From: Macrostomum lignano
Lineage: Eukaryota
Length of the DNA stretch: 64,000 bases
NCBI GenBank assembly: GCA_002269645.1
Contig: NIVC01001983.1
Location: 103,959-167,958, forward strand
Direction: 5' to 3'
The notes below the pieces were generated by a model. That model saw only the letters and a list, made by a program, of their open reading frames with translations. It was not told the DNA's origin and did not search any database. Positions 11,691 through 24,789 of this stretch are shown piece after piece; the stretch's first letter is position 1; each line of letters starts with the position of its first letter. The translations under genes were made by a program, and so were the position numbers.

Positions 11691-14372
11691 GCATCAAAAT
11701 GGCAAAGGGAGCATTGTGAAAGGATTCTAAACTTTTAATAAGTCTAAGACAAACATTAGAGTTTCCAGTACAGTAGACATATTGAATTTTCCTACCAAAA
11801 GTGGGGGATCGGCCCTACCACAGCAAAAAGTGGGGAGGGGGCAGTGGTGCCAATAAACCTTTCAGGCTTTATGAAGTTTAATAAAATCTAAATAAAAACA
11901 CTAGAGAAGTTCTCTAAATAAAAACACTAGAGAAGTTCTCCCAAATAAAATTCAGATTTTAAGAATTCTTCGACTTGAAATTTTCGCATTGCAAAAGGCT
12001 CAAAATGAATGAACGCGTATTTATTTTTGTTCGCAAATCGATATTATAATTTTGCAAAGCGGCGAAAAAATCAGTTATAAACACGACGAGAGAAAACATT
12101 TTTTTCGAGGACGCACGAGTAACAGATTTGAGAATTTCGCGTAACAAAAATCGGTAAAAAAAACACGCGGGATTAATTATTAGGAACATGGCGATCGGGT
12201 AAGCAGGTATTAGAGCAGTTATTATAAAAAGCATAGAAATATTGTGAGCTAATGAAGCAAGGAAAGCAGTCAGAATTTACAGCACAAAGAGGTGCAAAGC
12301 TGACAAAAAAGTTTAGAGACATGTAACTGCACCTCTGAATGGCAATTATTTTACGAAATTAATAATTTTAGGACAGAAAATCAAATAAAACACTGCACTG
12401 CACACGGGGTAAGAGTCGGGTGAAGGAAATTTCTCCTGGCCAGTTTCTGTATTCAAAGCTCCTTGAGCTGACTAGGGCCTAAACTAAAGCTTGCACAACC
12501 AGCCGACCTTATGATTATGCATTATAACAAGAATGCTAGGAACAAGATAACGATCTTGATCTGACCCCTAATGCCCACAGGCAAGCCAGGCCTTATTCTG
12601 TAATATCTGCACATGCAGTATGTAGGACCCGCAATCTATGCAGTCAACAGGCCATCAATTCAAACAAGTTGTACGCATGGCGCATATTTTCCCTAGTTAG
12701 TTATATGGGAATACGGCCGCGAAATCTCTCCCAGCTCCTATGGGACCAATGCAAATGGAACTTGTTATTGCCTCTCTTGCCGCCTAGATACGTGCTACAC
12801 CTCCATCCGCTGGCAAGGTACGCTTTCCCATAGGTTAAAAAAATAGCAAAAGACCAATTCGGCTGGCTAAATATAACAGTAAGAGGAATGCCGACAGGGG
12901 TTAGTATGCCATTCTTAGAAACTAAAATGTTGAACAAATTCCAGTTTAAACTAACTAAGCTTGACTAAAGGTGGTATTTTAAAGTAAAAAAATGACAAAA
13001 AGTTGATTATTACACAATTAAATGTTGCTTTTAAAACAAAAGAAGCAGAAAAAGCAATGAGTAAAGCAGTAAATTTGCTGCAAATAGCAGCCACACAGCT
13101 GACTAAATTAAAAATACGTTACTGTAATTCAAAACTTACGCAATGTTACTAACAAAAATATTGACAGCTGTGCTTTTACATTAAACTCATTAGGTTAGCT
13201 ATTCAGGACTTAATATATCGGATAAATGAAGAAAAAAACTGTAACAGACACTGATATGCTGCTTTTGACTAAATGGGAGGAAAAAAAGCAAAAATTGATT
13301 GCTGCTTGAAGCAGAAAAAAGTTAGAATTCTAAACACATTGTATTGCTACCGTGGAGATTAGAACTTGAAAAAAACACACCTCTTTAAAAAAATAAACGC
13401 CTAAATAAAATTGCAATAGCCCGGCTAATCGCGGCGGTTCTGATTAGTATGAAGATTGAATATTTAATATTTGATCGGGGTTATTTCGAGTAGCCTCACT
13501 GCCACCGTTGATATCATTTGCATCAGGCTTAGTAGTATCAGACCACACAGCTCGGGGGTGATTATTTAGCTTAGACCCACACTAAACTATAATAAGCTAT
13601 CTGAAGGCAGAACAGAGCGCATATCGACCGCCCTCCCTCCTGCCTTCCTTGACCGGCCTTAAACCTTCCTCTCTAAACCTCAGACCGGCCCGCACGCACG
13701 CACTGGGCGTGGGCAGAACTAGAGAAAGAGAAAAAATGGTCAAACCCGCTTCCAAAAATGCATTATGCAGATATATATGGAAGCTGACTTGTGCTAACAA
13801 ATATCTATATCTATATATGACTATATTGATAAACTAAGACGAAATGCAAATACAGTTAGAAATGAGCTACAGCTCAGTCATTGAGAGCAACAGAACCGCT
13901 AACCTAAGTCTTCATCTGTCTTTTTAGTTTAGATATTACTGTTCAATAGACGGAGTTTGCTACTACGGTAGCTGAGGCAGCGATGAGATTGCACACAGGA
14001 CATAGAAACATATTCTAATACATGTAATCTCTCAGATTTTTGTAAATTTGTTCAAACGGACAAAGTACTGTGATATGCATACAGATAACTAACGTTATGC
14101 GAAAACGCTATAAAAAGCAAAGGAAAGGTTGATACCATAGTGTATAGCCGCATAACAAGTATAAATATTTTAAACTGAACGAAAAACCTACAGAGGCACA
14201 AAGCCAGACAACACACAGAGAAAAACACTGCTAAATATTATAAAATATGACACGCTAGCAAATCATTACACTAGGCTGGCAATCCAATAAGCTATAGATA
14301 AGCTTAACACTACCCTCAGCTGACTGAACAGTTATCCACCTGGCTGTCTATCGCCACTTTCGTTCTCGCCTT

Positions 14373-17300
14373 TCACACTTGATGAGCGTTGAAGGCGTCG
14401 CGTCTACGCGCGTCCGTAGAATAATCGCCGATGAATGAGCCGTCCTCCACGAACTTTGCTGTAAAAGACAAGGAATTGCAAAGTTTTGAAATCCTAGTAT
14501 TTCCATCGGATGCTAAAGCTTTCACACTCTCTCAAGGATTTGTCTCTCCCTTGAATCTCAAGACTTTGCCACCTTTAGCAACTCGGTCTTATGTGCCAGC
14601 GGGCCAGGCAGTCACATTAACTTTGTGACTAAACTGGAATCTCGGCTTGGCTCTGCTTGTGCAATCAACGCCCTTGAGGGCCAACCCCCAAGACACGTTA
14701 ATTAAAGTGTACATGCCTAACGATAAATAAAGTTAGGGCCGCTGTACACTCCTGTGTGTGCCTGCTCAGGGGAGTCGGCGGAATGGGAAGTAAGTAATGC
14801 CTCTCGCTGATTGTGTGACAATGTCGCTTAAAGTGCGCCAGGATGCGCACAGAGAGGGTCTCTTTTAGATTCAGAGGATTAAATTTACAATTCAGAGCAT
14901 CAAGAAGTTCACACTTGATTTATTTGAACTTTTTTTATCCCAAAATGCCCTCTCATGACCCCAGATTTGTTTATAATCCAGCACTTGAATAATTTTAACC
15001 TGAGTTCGCAATGTTGAGCTTTGTGCTTGGCCCCATTTACACAATAGTTGCGCATATGGGCGGAAAGACAGGGCAGAATTAGTCTATAAAATTTATTAAC
15101 AGGCGCTGTGAGACTGATAAGAGATAAGAGATAAAGGCGGGCTAAATACTCTTCGTCTCGACAATTTCTTTAGGCTTAAATTCTTTACATGGCAAATGGA
15201 GCACTCGGCCAGTCATAACAGCGGGAGCTCATTCATTTTGATCGCAGTTAGTTTTACGATTCTAGAAATTAGCCTTTTTTGGGATGGAGCTTGACCATAT
15301 TAGGTTTGCTTTGCCATGAAGATTATGCCAATTAAGTCATGCTATGTATCGTACACACTGAACAGTACTTACTGCAGTCTATATCGTCGTTGCCATATTC
15401 CTCAAGCTCTTGGTCATCTTTGCTACCAGCAGAGATACTCGAGCCCACTGACATCTGCCTGGCCTTCAGCGGGCCCTCCTCGGGTCGCTGATACTCTTTG
15501 AACTGCTCCTCCTTGGCTTCCTGCTCAGGATGATTGCCCTGCTGGCGTTCCTTCTCGTCGAGCAAATAGGTCTGACCGGTGTCGCGTCGAAGAAGGAAGA
15601 CGATGAGTACGGCAATAATTAGCAGTAAAACAATAGCCAATATGATTCCCACAATGATGCTAGTGCTGGCAGTCGCCGCATTTTCGCCAACAACAGGCTG
15701 ACCCTTGAAGTCCAGGCCAAGCATGAGGCCTTGAAGAGTGGTGTCAGCGTCAAAGTCGGTAGAGTAGAAGCAGAGATCGTCCGATCGACAGTCGCGCTTA
15801 CCAGCAACAAGTTGGCGCGGGCCGTAGCGCTTCTTGTCAAAAACTAGATTGGGCGATTTTGTGCCCTCTTCGTAGCGAAAGTTGAATATTGGTGTCAGCG
15901 TCTTGCGCGACTGAAGCTCGGTTAACACCTCAGGCTTTGTTATGCGATTAACTTTAAAGGAAAGCTTTGTTGTATCCGGATCGTAGGATACTTTTGCCAC
16001 ATCCGGCTGATTAAGCACCTTGACAAAGTCCAAGTAATCATCATCAATCTTGAAGTAACCTGTCACGGAAACGCCAATCGCTTTCAAATAGGCGGCAAGT
16101 TGAGGCTTCAGTGAAAATTGGAAATACGCCCCATCCGAGGCGGTGCACGACTGCAAGCTACAGTTCTTTGCCATGCTTATGTCGAAGCTGTTTAGTAGAG
16201 GACGGCTCAAAAAGAAAACACTGCTGCCACTCTGCACGCTGTAAGATGGCATACCAATCTTTTGGGTGTCAGCTGTGCCAACAGTTACGTCACACACGCA
16301 ACGATGCGTGAAATTCAATCCAGTTGACGGATTTGCTGGCGGAACTTTGCCAATATTGAATGTTAGCGTCATCGATTCAAGTTGAGAAACTTTCGGCACA
16401 GTTATAACATTGGACACCGGAGTAGCCATTAGACGATTGAAACTATCTAAATCGTATTTTTTCCAATTGTTTTCGCCCAAGGCAGCACTGTAAAAGACCG
16501 GTAAGACATTTGTAGTTGCAACGTTGGTAAAGTATGCCGTGCAGTTATAAGATAGTCCTTCGCCTTCCATAGCATACACTGTTGGTGGCAGATTACCAGA
16601 AATTTCTGAGCTAGAGCTGCTACCATACGATTTTGACGTAAACTGCGGCATGGAAATTACTTGCGTGTTAAAGGTGAACCTTGTACCACCAGCGACGCAC
16701 GTATAGGCACCCGAATGTTTATTGTAAATTATCGGCGGAAACTCTATTATGTTGCCCGTCTTGGAGATTCGAATCCCATTCACTTCTGTCCAATCGCGCC
16801 GCGTATCCGGAACAAGACCCTTATCACCGTGAAAAAATCTGTACACTTGGTTTGGACTGTTGCATATAATGGGACAAACAAGTGGAGTGTAGTCCATACC
16901 AGAGAATATTGTGACCGCTTTTTGATTAGTAGAACCGATTATTTTGCAATTTGAGTTTCGATCTCCAAGTGTCTTGTAGGACAGCTCAGTCTTTGGTATC
17001 TTCTGCGCAATAGAGAATGTTTTGTCATAGGGTTGGCCTTGGCCTGCGAACGATAAAGTTGCGCAAATACCAATCTGAACCGGACTCTTGGAAGAAAAAA
17101 AATCAGAGATTATGGAACTGAGACCGTATCGCGAGTAGTGCAACAGACCAGTCTCCGTGTCCAAATAGATATGCTTAAGTAGATTCTGGTTTCTTTCATC
17201 CAATTTTGAGTGATAGTTGACAAAGAGCGACGCCCTTGATATCTGATAGGACTCGCATGTGCCAGCGTCAAAGTTAAGAATAGCTCCGATGTTAATCTTC

Positions 17301-17956
17301 GGTTTGAGAAATTCTGGAGCCTCCTTGATTATTTGGCTCATGGCAGGATCCAAAAATTGCGTACTATCAAACTCTGTATCCGGCATGTTCTCCGACATTC
17401 GCTTCAGAAACTGTTCAGCCCCTGCAGAAAGGAAACGCCTACCATCCGGGTTCAGTTTGCCAATGGCATCTAAATTCCATACAAATAGGCTATTGGATTC
17501 AAGAACGCCAGACGAATGCTCGATGCGTACTCGCAATTCGATTTTGTCAGAAAAGGCATGCGAGTATGGTAGTTTTGACGACAGTAGCGTGAAGTCGAAT
17601 TCATTTTCGCGCTCGTTTTTAAGCCTCACTGAAAATGGTATAGTGTCTTTACACTGGACCTCATTTGAGCTGGACTTCAATGATTCCATGTCCATCATTG
17701 ACTCAACATAATCTCGCCTGCACTTGAACTGTAGAATTCTTCTCAAGCCAGTACCAACATTTCCTACGACTACGATTTTAATTATTAGCCGTTTGTCAGT
17801 GTTCAAAAATGCTAACATGTTTGACGATCCAACTTCCCATGTTTCTTCCCAGGACAGCATGATCTTGTTGGTCTCGGAGAACTTGAATCTTGGCTTTTCA
17901 TTGGCTGCGAGAGTGGCAGCAATTATGCAGAAGAGGATCAGGTGTTGATAGTGCAT
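14373..17956 (-). CDS. L1CAM/neuroglian-like Ig-superfamily type I membrane protein, paralog B (FIGDY)
   Basis: Likely start ATG 17956 (MHYQHLILFCIIAATLAA). Exon 1, 17956-15373, is colinear with paralog A (HSGAYTCVA; tail RRDTGQTYLLDEKERQQGNHPEQE). Donor A|GTAAGT at 15372, 914-bp intron, acceptor TTTTACAG at 14459. Exon 2, 14458-14373, gives TKFVEDGSFIGDYSTDARRRDAFNAHQV*. Confidence 0.88.
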
Positions 17957-19207
17957 AACAGCATGAATATAGAAGTTTAGATTTGTTTTTGTGTTACATT
18001 GTTCAAAACACAGCAACATGAATACAATAAGTCCATGATACTTTGCTACATTATCATTTTAAGATTATATAAAGTAGCAGAAAAAATACTTATCATTTTC
18101 ACTGCTATGCTTTTGATATCAGTAAACCAGAAAAGCTCAAAACTTTCAAATTTAGACAAAAATGATCTCCCTTAAAATCAACATTTTTCTGCCAACCAAA
18201 CTTCTGGGAAAATTTGTTTTACACTTATTATCATGTGCATACAATGTACAACATAGAATTATAAAAAATGAAACTTACAGAAGTTTACAATTATGAAATA
18301 TATGAAAAATAGACAAATGAAAGACTAAAGACGAGACTGTCACCACTGCCTTAGCCCTACAAAGTACAGATCATAGAAGGTTGGCAATAGTCAGTCAATT
18401 AACAATGTCAACTTATTATCTCTAGGACCAAGTTTAAGTTCTGCTTCTGCTATCATTAGGGCCTATTGGTTTTTTTTAGCTCATGTAATGTTACAAGTGT
18501 TTAAACAGCAGTTGTGCCAGAGGGTTTGCTTAATCAGGATATAATCACTAGCCTATATATAGGTCACAAAGATGATTTTACAAATATAATAATTATATTT
18601 ACCTTATAGATTGATATTCGCAATCATATTCAAATTTTAACAAGCTTATTATTAACTTTTGTTTAATTCAAACAACAAAGTATAGCCATTGGCTTTAAGC
18701 TGGAAATTGATTTTCAACTTTTATTATAATATTATATATTTATATATATCTATGACAAACCAAAGTCTCATAGCTCTACTTTAAGTAGAAGTGTCTATTA
18801 GCAAATATTAGGCTAAATTTTGAATAATATAAAGATAAAATTGCATGTTTTATTTTAATAGTTTAAATAAATTAACTGTTGTAACAAGGCTACAAATTTT
18901 TATTTGTCATAAATAGTTATTTTGTCAAATAAACAATGTTTATCATAACAATATATTGGGTTTTCGGTTGGTAAAGTTGGTTCATGTATCTAATCAACAT
19001 GAAATTCCTATTTTATAGCTAAATGGTCATATTTATATAGATACAAAGTTAAAAGTAAAAACAAAGGAAAAGTTTTGTTTAGATTAATATACAACAATTA
19101 TAGTTAATTGCTTTTTATTTTTGTAAGTAAAGATTGACTAGAATCTTTGATTTAATTCTAAAACATCTTGTCCATTAAATATTTATAGCAATTTAACAAA
19201 TTAAAAC

Positions 19208-19508
19208 TATATATACTCAGCAACATTGAAAAGTCGCCACCCTTTGCCCCAGTGAGCAGTGTCTTTCAACCAGAGTCTATCACCTGGGCAACAATTTTGA
19301 TATTAAAAATGCTTGAAAAACTATGAAAACTGGGCAGAAGCTTCAATCTATCCAATCTTTGCCCTCCACTCTTCCCAATCTCTCCTCACCTAGCTCAAAT
19401 CTGCATTGCGTGGTGCAAGTTGCGTCACTCAAAAGTCAATACTGAGCTAGAATTTATTTAAGCGTACTCTCAAAACTGGCGACTTTTTAATATTGTTGAG
19501 TATATATA
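19208..19508. mobile_element. MITE with ~32-bp TIRs in a TA context (Tc1/mariner-like)
   Basis: tatatatactcagcaacattgaaaagtcgcca (19208-19239) is inverted at 19477-19508 with 3 mismatches. Confidence 0.65.
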
Positions 19509-19542
19509 TAATTTAAACAAAAAGTAACATGATGCTGAACAG

Positions 19543-20193
19543 ATAATTCAAACAAAAATGAATTCATGTTTTGGGATACATTTCTTACTCTAATGCCATA
19601 TTCAGCTTTAAAAATTTGTAAGCAGAAATTTTCTGTCTCAATGGAAAAAAATTGGCATGAATGCAAAGTGTGTCAAAAGATGAATTCATTGGCACCCCTT
19701 ACAAACACATTTTGGAAGCAAATATCTTGGGAAATACAAAAAGGAATCATGTGTCTAAGATGTCATTGCAAAGCTGAGACATATTTCAAGAAATGATAAA
19801 AGTTTCAGAGCAAATGATTGAAGCATTAAGATGCAGCAATAAATCAAAGTTTTGGTTTATCTTGGTTAAAGATTGTTGATCAACAAAAAGTTTGAAATGT
19901 GTTCTTATGTTCTACCTTCCTTAGTGTGGAACTTCTATCACTTCTTGACATATGTCTCAGCTTTGCAATGACATCTTAGACACATGATTCCCTATTGTAT
20001 TTCCCAAGATATTTGCTTCCAAAATGTGTTTGTAAAGGGTGCCAATGAATTCATCTTTTGACACACTTTGCATTCATGCCAATTTTTTTTTCTTTGGGAC
20101 AGAAAATTTCTGCTTACAAATTTTTAAAGCTGAATATGGCATCAGAGTAAGGAATGTATCCTGAAATATGAATTCATTTTTTGTTTAAATTAT
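19543..20193. repeat. Long inverted repeat / foldback element, ~260-bp arms with ~125-bp spacer
   Basis: 19543-~19805 is the reverse complement of ~19930-20193 with scattered mismatches. Confidence 0.9.
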
Positions 20194-20816
20194 TTGCCTA
20201 AAGAAAAAAATATCTGTCTGGTGAATATCTATTGGGGAACCTACACAAAAAATGTGATAAAATTGGAAAAAAACAGGGACTTCTTGAACTTTAGATATAT
20301 AAAAATATTTCTAATTTTTGGATTTTCTAAAACTTTTTGCCAGAGTCTTGGAGGCTATCCAAAATGATAATAAAGCAAAGAAAACTGCATAAAATTATAT
20401 TCAAAGTTAATAGGAGCTCAACTCAATTTTTGAATCCCCTATGTTAGGCCTAGTTTTGGAGAATTGTAGGCCTATTTGAAAATTATGCTTTTTTTAGAAT
20501 CATGACTTTTCAAGGTAAATATTTTCTAGAGTTTAATGAATTCATTCTAAAAAAACATTTAGAGGGTTAGATTTGTAACTCCCATAAAAAAAATCTATTT
20601 TAATTTTTTTTCATTCAGTTTGTTATAGTACAATGAGAGTGCCATATCAAATTAGTGTTTTTAAAATGTTGATACATGGTTTGCTACCTTTCTTACCTCC
20701 TACTTTTGATTTGGTGTCATTCTCTCATGGTTGTGACTAGCTGTACATTATTTTACTTGTTTACCTAAACTTAATTTCTACTAGGCCTAATTTGTATTGT
20801 TGTCTCTATTTTGAAA

Positions 20817-22014
20817 GGGATGCCCATCAAAATGGCCACACGCGGAATGGCCACACGTTGAAATATTTTAAAATATATGTTATTGTTCTTCTTCTGGTCT
20901 CTCACTTATATGGCTCTTGTTCTACTTCAAATATCAATGTGAGAGCCAAATAACTGAGGCAGCGGATTCAACTGACTTTTCCTGATGATGCAAACACTTG
21001 ATGGTAACTTACAGACCGTTGTATTTGATGGTCACAATCTCGAGATGTTATCTTACAAAATATAATGTCTAAGGTGGAATTCCAAATAAGAAGCTTGTTC
21101 AATTTAAGTCACAAGGTGTTTCTAGTTGTTCGGGTGAACCGAAGGTTCAGTCTATTGTAGAACGTGGATTGGGTGTTGGTTTAGCTTTAGTGAGTCAATT
21201 TATCAGTTTTAGCATTTGGGTTGAGACCCTAACTGTGTTAATCAAAATTAGTCAAAAGGAGGTCGGCTGGGAGAAGGGCGAAGAAGAGAAAAGGCGAGCT
21301 TCTTGCTTGGTTAACATGAGCTTTTATAGTACTTTTCAGTCTTGATCGCATTGGATGGTACATAACTGTTTTTCATTGGTTGAGGTTGGGGTCGTGTCCT
21401 CAGCTTTTGCTATTTGGAGTGCATTCATTGGTTAAAATACATTCAATCTGGATGGGAACTTTCTTGAGTCAAAATGTATCACTTCAACGTCAAAATGGCC
21501 ACACTATCAAAACAGCCACATGACAAAATGGCCACATAAAACAAAAAGGGTTGCAGATTGACTTTGTTCTATTTGTTATGTTAAGGAAGCTTCGTTATGT
21601 TAATTATTTTTAGCTTTGGTATTTGCATCAGCATCAAAATTCAAAAGAAGTGAATGCATTGAGATATTGTAAAATTTATGTAGGCCGAAAAGGATCCAAA
21701 AGCTAAGACGAAATTGTATTTTATGGAGCGACCAGCAGTTATGCAAATTTTAAAAGATGCTAAAATAGTTATGTAAGAAAGTTAAAAAATGCTAAAATGG
21801 TTCACAAAGTATCACAAAGTAAAATTTACCACAAAAGTTAAAAAGTTAGGAGCTAGGAGCTTTCTACTTAAATGTACATTCAACCTTCCACTTCTCTTAT
21901 CTCTTATTATTACAAATTATTACATCGTGTGGCCATTTTGTCGTGTGGCCGTTTTGACAGTGTGGCCATTTTGTTGTGTGGCTATTCCACGTGTGGCCGT
22001 TTTGACGGCACCCC
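20817..22014. mobile_element. Non-autonomous DNA transposon (Mutator-like) with subterminal aaaatggccacac repeats
   Basis: Termini gggatgcccatcaaaatggccacacgcggaatggccacac vs reverse complement ggggtgccgtcaaaacggccacacgtggaatagccacac. Flanking direct repeat tttgaaa(gg), 7-9 bp, at 20810 and 22015. Confidence 0.8.
20859..21486 (-). mobile_element. Probable solo LTR (628 bp) nested in the left TIR array of the 20817-22014 element
   Basis: TG...CA ends and 4-bp TSD acgt (20855-20858, 21487-21490). Removing it restores the symmetric subterminal array. TATAAAAG on the minus strand near 21325. Confidence 0.7.
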
Positions 22015-23106
22015 TTTGAAAGGTAACTACAGCTGCTGATATCAATTAGATTGATAAGATTATAATTTTTCTCCATGGAGGTGTTTGATAACTTGCTGAA
22101 ATTTTTATTTAAGCTGCATTACAATTTTCCCCTGGACACTCTTAGTCTCCAAATTTATCTACCTAATCTACAATAGACCCCCATGCCTCTATAACTCTAT
22201 TGAAGTTTATCCCCATCCTAAAACCCCCCATTCCCTATGCCCTGGTGGTTGGCTTTAAGCTACGAAAAAATGAAGCTCAAATTTGAAATCAGCACTATCA
22301 AAAACCCATATAGAGACAAAATTATGATCCTATTAAAACTATTTTGTCTACCTAAAGTTCAAGAAGTCCAAAAACTGTTTTCAATTAAAATTTAGGCACC
22401 TACGAATCAGTTGTAGGTGGTATTTCTGATATGGACTTACGCTAGAGGACTAAGCCAAAAGTCAGGATTCTCACCGTAGCCACTAGGACGATGGATGGAT
22501 GAATGAATCATGCATCCGCCAAACACTTCCCCTCCAAATGTATTATTTTAAATATACCCAGAATAGAAAGCGCATTAATCATTCAACGGATAAAACAAAA
22601 ACGATAAATGATTTGTATTCAATCTAATAATTTACTTCTCTTTGCTAGTTTCAGATATAGGTTTTTGAATAAAAACAGAAATTTGCAAGAAATTAAGTAA
22701 TACTTCCCTAGCAGACGACTTCGTTTTTACTGTTTACAAGCGGATTGAGCCAAATGTACAAGATTTACTCCCAAGGACAGTTTCATTTTTGTCCCTTACT
22801 TGACGGTCCCGTACAGGGCGGTTCAAATTATCACTATAGACCCACGGAGCTGCTAGTGTAATGTAGTGTCCTAAATATGTTGCATATGTACATGTACTTT
22901 CGTTAAAAATTAAAATTAAAAAAAATTTCTTCAACACCCAAACTGATATCAGTTAGCAATAAAATTTATTAAAAGGTCTAATGCGAAAAATGTAAGCTAT
23001 ATATAGTTTCGGTCAGCATCTTATTGATAAAGGGCCAATTGCGCCATGTAAGAACCATACATGCATGAAGACAATATAAAAGTTTTTGTTGTGGCAACCT
23101 GCACAC

Positions 23107-24385
23107 GGGAGTACGAGATCTGCTAGCAGGAAATCTGCTAGCCGAAGTTTGCTAGCCGAAATGTGCTAGCCGAAATCTGCTAGCCGAAGTTTGCTAGCAG
23201 GAATTTTGCTAGCGAGGATTTTGCTAGCCAAAATCTGCTAGCAGGAATTTTGCTAGCAAGGATTTTGCTAGCTGCCTTGCTCTCGTAGCTGTTGCATGTT
23301 ATTTGCTGTGTTTTGATTCCGATTTGAGCTGCTTTTTGATTCGTACGAGTAAATATATAACTTATATACCATATACTGCCACTACTAGCCATTAAGACTT
23401 AAAAGTTGAAAGTTGTGTGTATAGATAAGTTTAGATAAATTGCTGTAAAAAGCCAAAATGTCTACATTTTATGATTGCATTGTTGGGCACACTTATAATT
23501 TTATTTTAGTCCGCGATCGGCCTTTTTCTAAACACTTAAAAAAAGAAAATCGGTAATTTATCTTGACCAAAGTAGCCACATTTTAAAATGTGTTAAGAAG
23601 AATAGAATTAACAAGCACATTTTGTATATAAATTTCATTCAGATTCTAGTCATACGAGTGCTAACTACAAAGAAATTTCTGATTTAGTAATTTTTAATTG
23701 CATTATATTACGATACAACAATGCAGGCTGCAATTATTATTATATACTGCAATTTGCAGATCACTGCTAGTAAGCACGACAAAGAGAGTCATTAGAGCGA
23801 AAAAACGCACATTTATTTGTCCAGCATGATAAGTCCTGCAAAGTTTCTTGCGAAATTGGACAAGAAAAAATGAATCTAGCAAATTACAAGTTCGTAAATT
23901 GCTGTTCACCGGTTTTGGTTAGATTATCGCTAGCAGATTTCGGCTAGCAAAATTCCTGCTAGCAAACTTCGGCTAGCAGATTTCGGCTAGCAGATTTCGT
24001 CTAGCACATTTCGGCTAGCAAACTTCGGCTAGCAGATTTCGGCTAGCAGATTTCGGCTAGCACATTTCGGCTAGCAGATTTCGGCTAGCAGATTTTGGCT
24101 AGCAGATTTCGGCTAGCAGATTCTGGCTAGCAGATTTCGGCTAGCAGATTTCGGCTAGCAGATTTCGGCTAGCAGATTTCGGCTAGCAGATTTCGGCTAG
24201 CAGATTTCGGCTAGCAGATTTCGGCTAGCAGATTTCGGCTAGCAGATTTCGGCTAGCAGATTTCGGCTAGCAGATTTCGGCTAGCAGATTTCGGCTAGCA
24301 GATTTCGGCTAGCAGATTTCGGCAACCAAATTTCTCGCTAGCAAACTTCGGCTAGCAGATTTCGGCTAGCACATTTCATAGACCC
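23107..24385. mobile_element. Mutator/foldback-like non-autonomous element with 14-bp subterminal tandem arrays
   Basis: Left array of tgctagccgaaat-type units (~23120-23270); inverted right array of gatttcggctagca (~23930-24372, ~30 copies). Termini gggagtacga / rc gggtctatga. 9-bp TSD cctgcacac / cctgcacgc (1 mismatch). Confidence 0.8.
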
Positions 24386-24789
24386 CCTGCACGCATGCAT
24401 GCATTATCAGTCATGTGGTGAATGTCTCGGGGAAGGATGCATCCAGCCAGACAATTAGCAGTTTGCTGAGCTATGTATGGTTGGCAATTAACTTTCGCGC
24501 ACTTCCCAGCCATGAGATCTTCGTGTTTTTTGTTTCGCACAGCTCATTATTGCAATTTGTCTTTGAATTCGGCTTCCTCTCACTTCGGCTTGTGATATGA
24601 CTGCAGTGAACGCACTACGGAGTCCTGTTTAGAGTGCTCGATCCCCCCCTTGAGGAGCGATCGATCGAGTACGATCGCTCGATAGTACAGTGTGTAATAT
24701 CGCAGGACTTCAAATGACAGCTAAGATACAGCTTCTTCTTCTTCGGCCTTCGTTATTTGAAACATACTCCACATGGATACCGTAGACGA

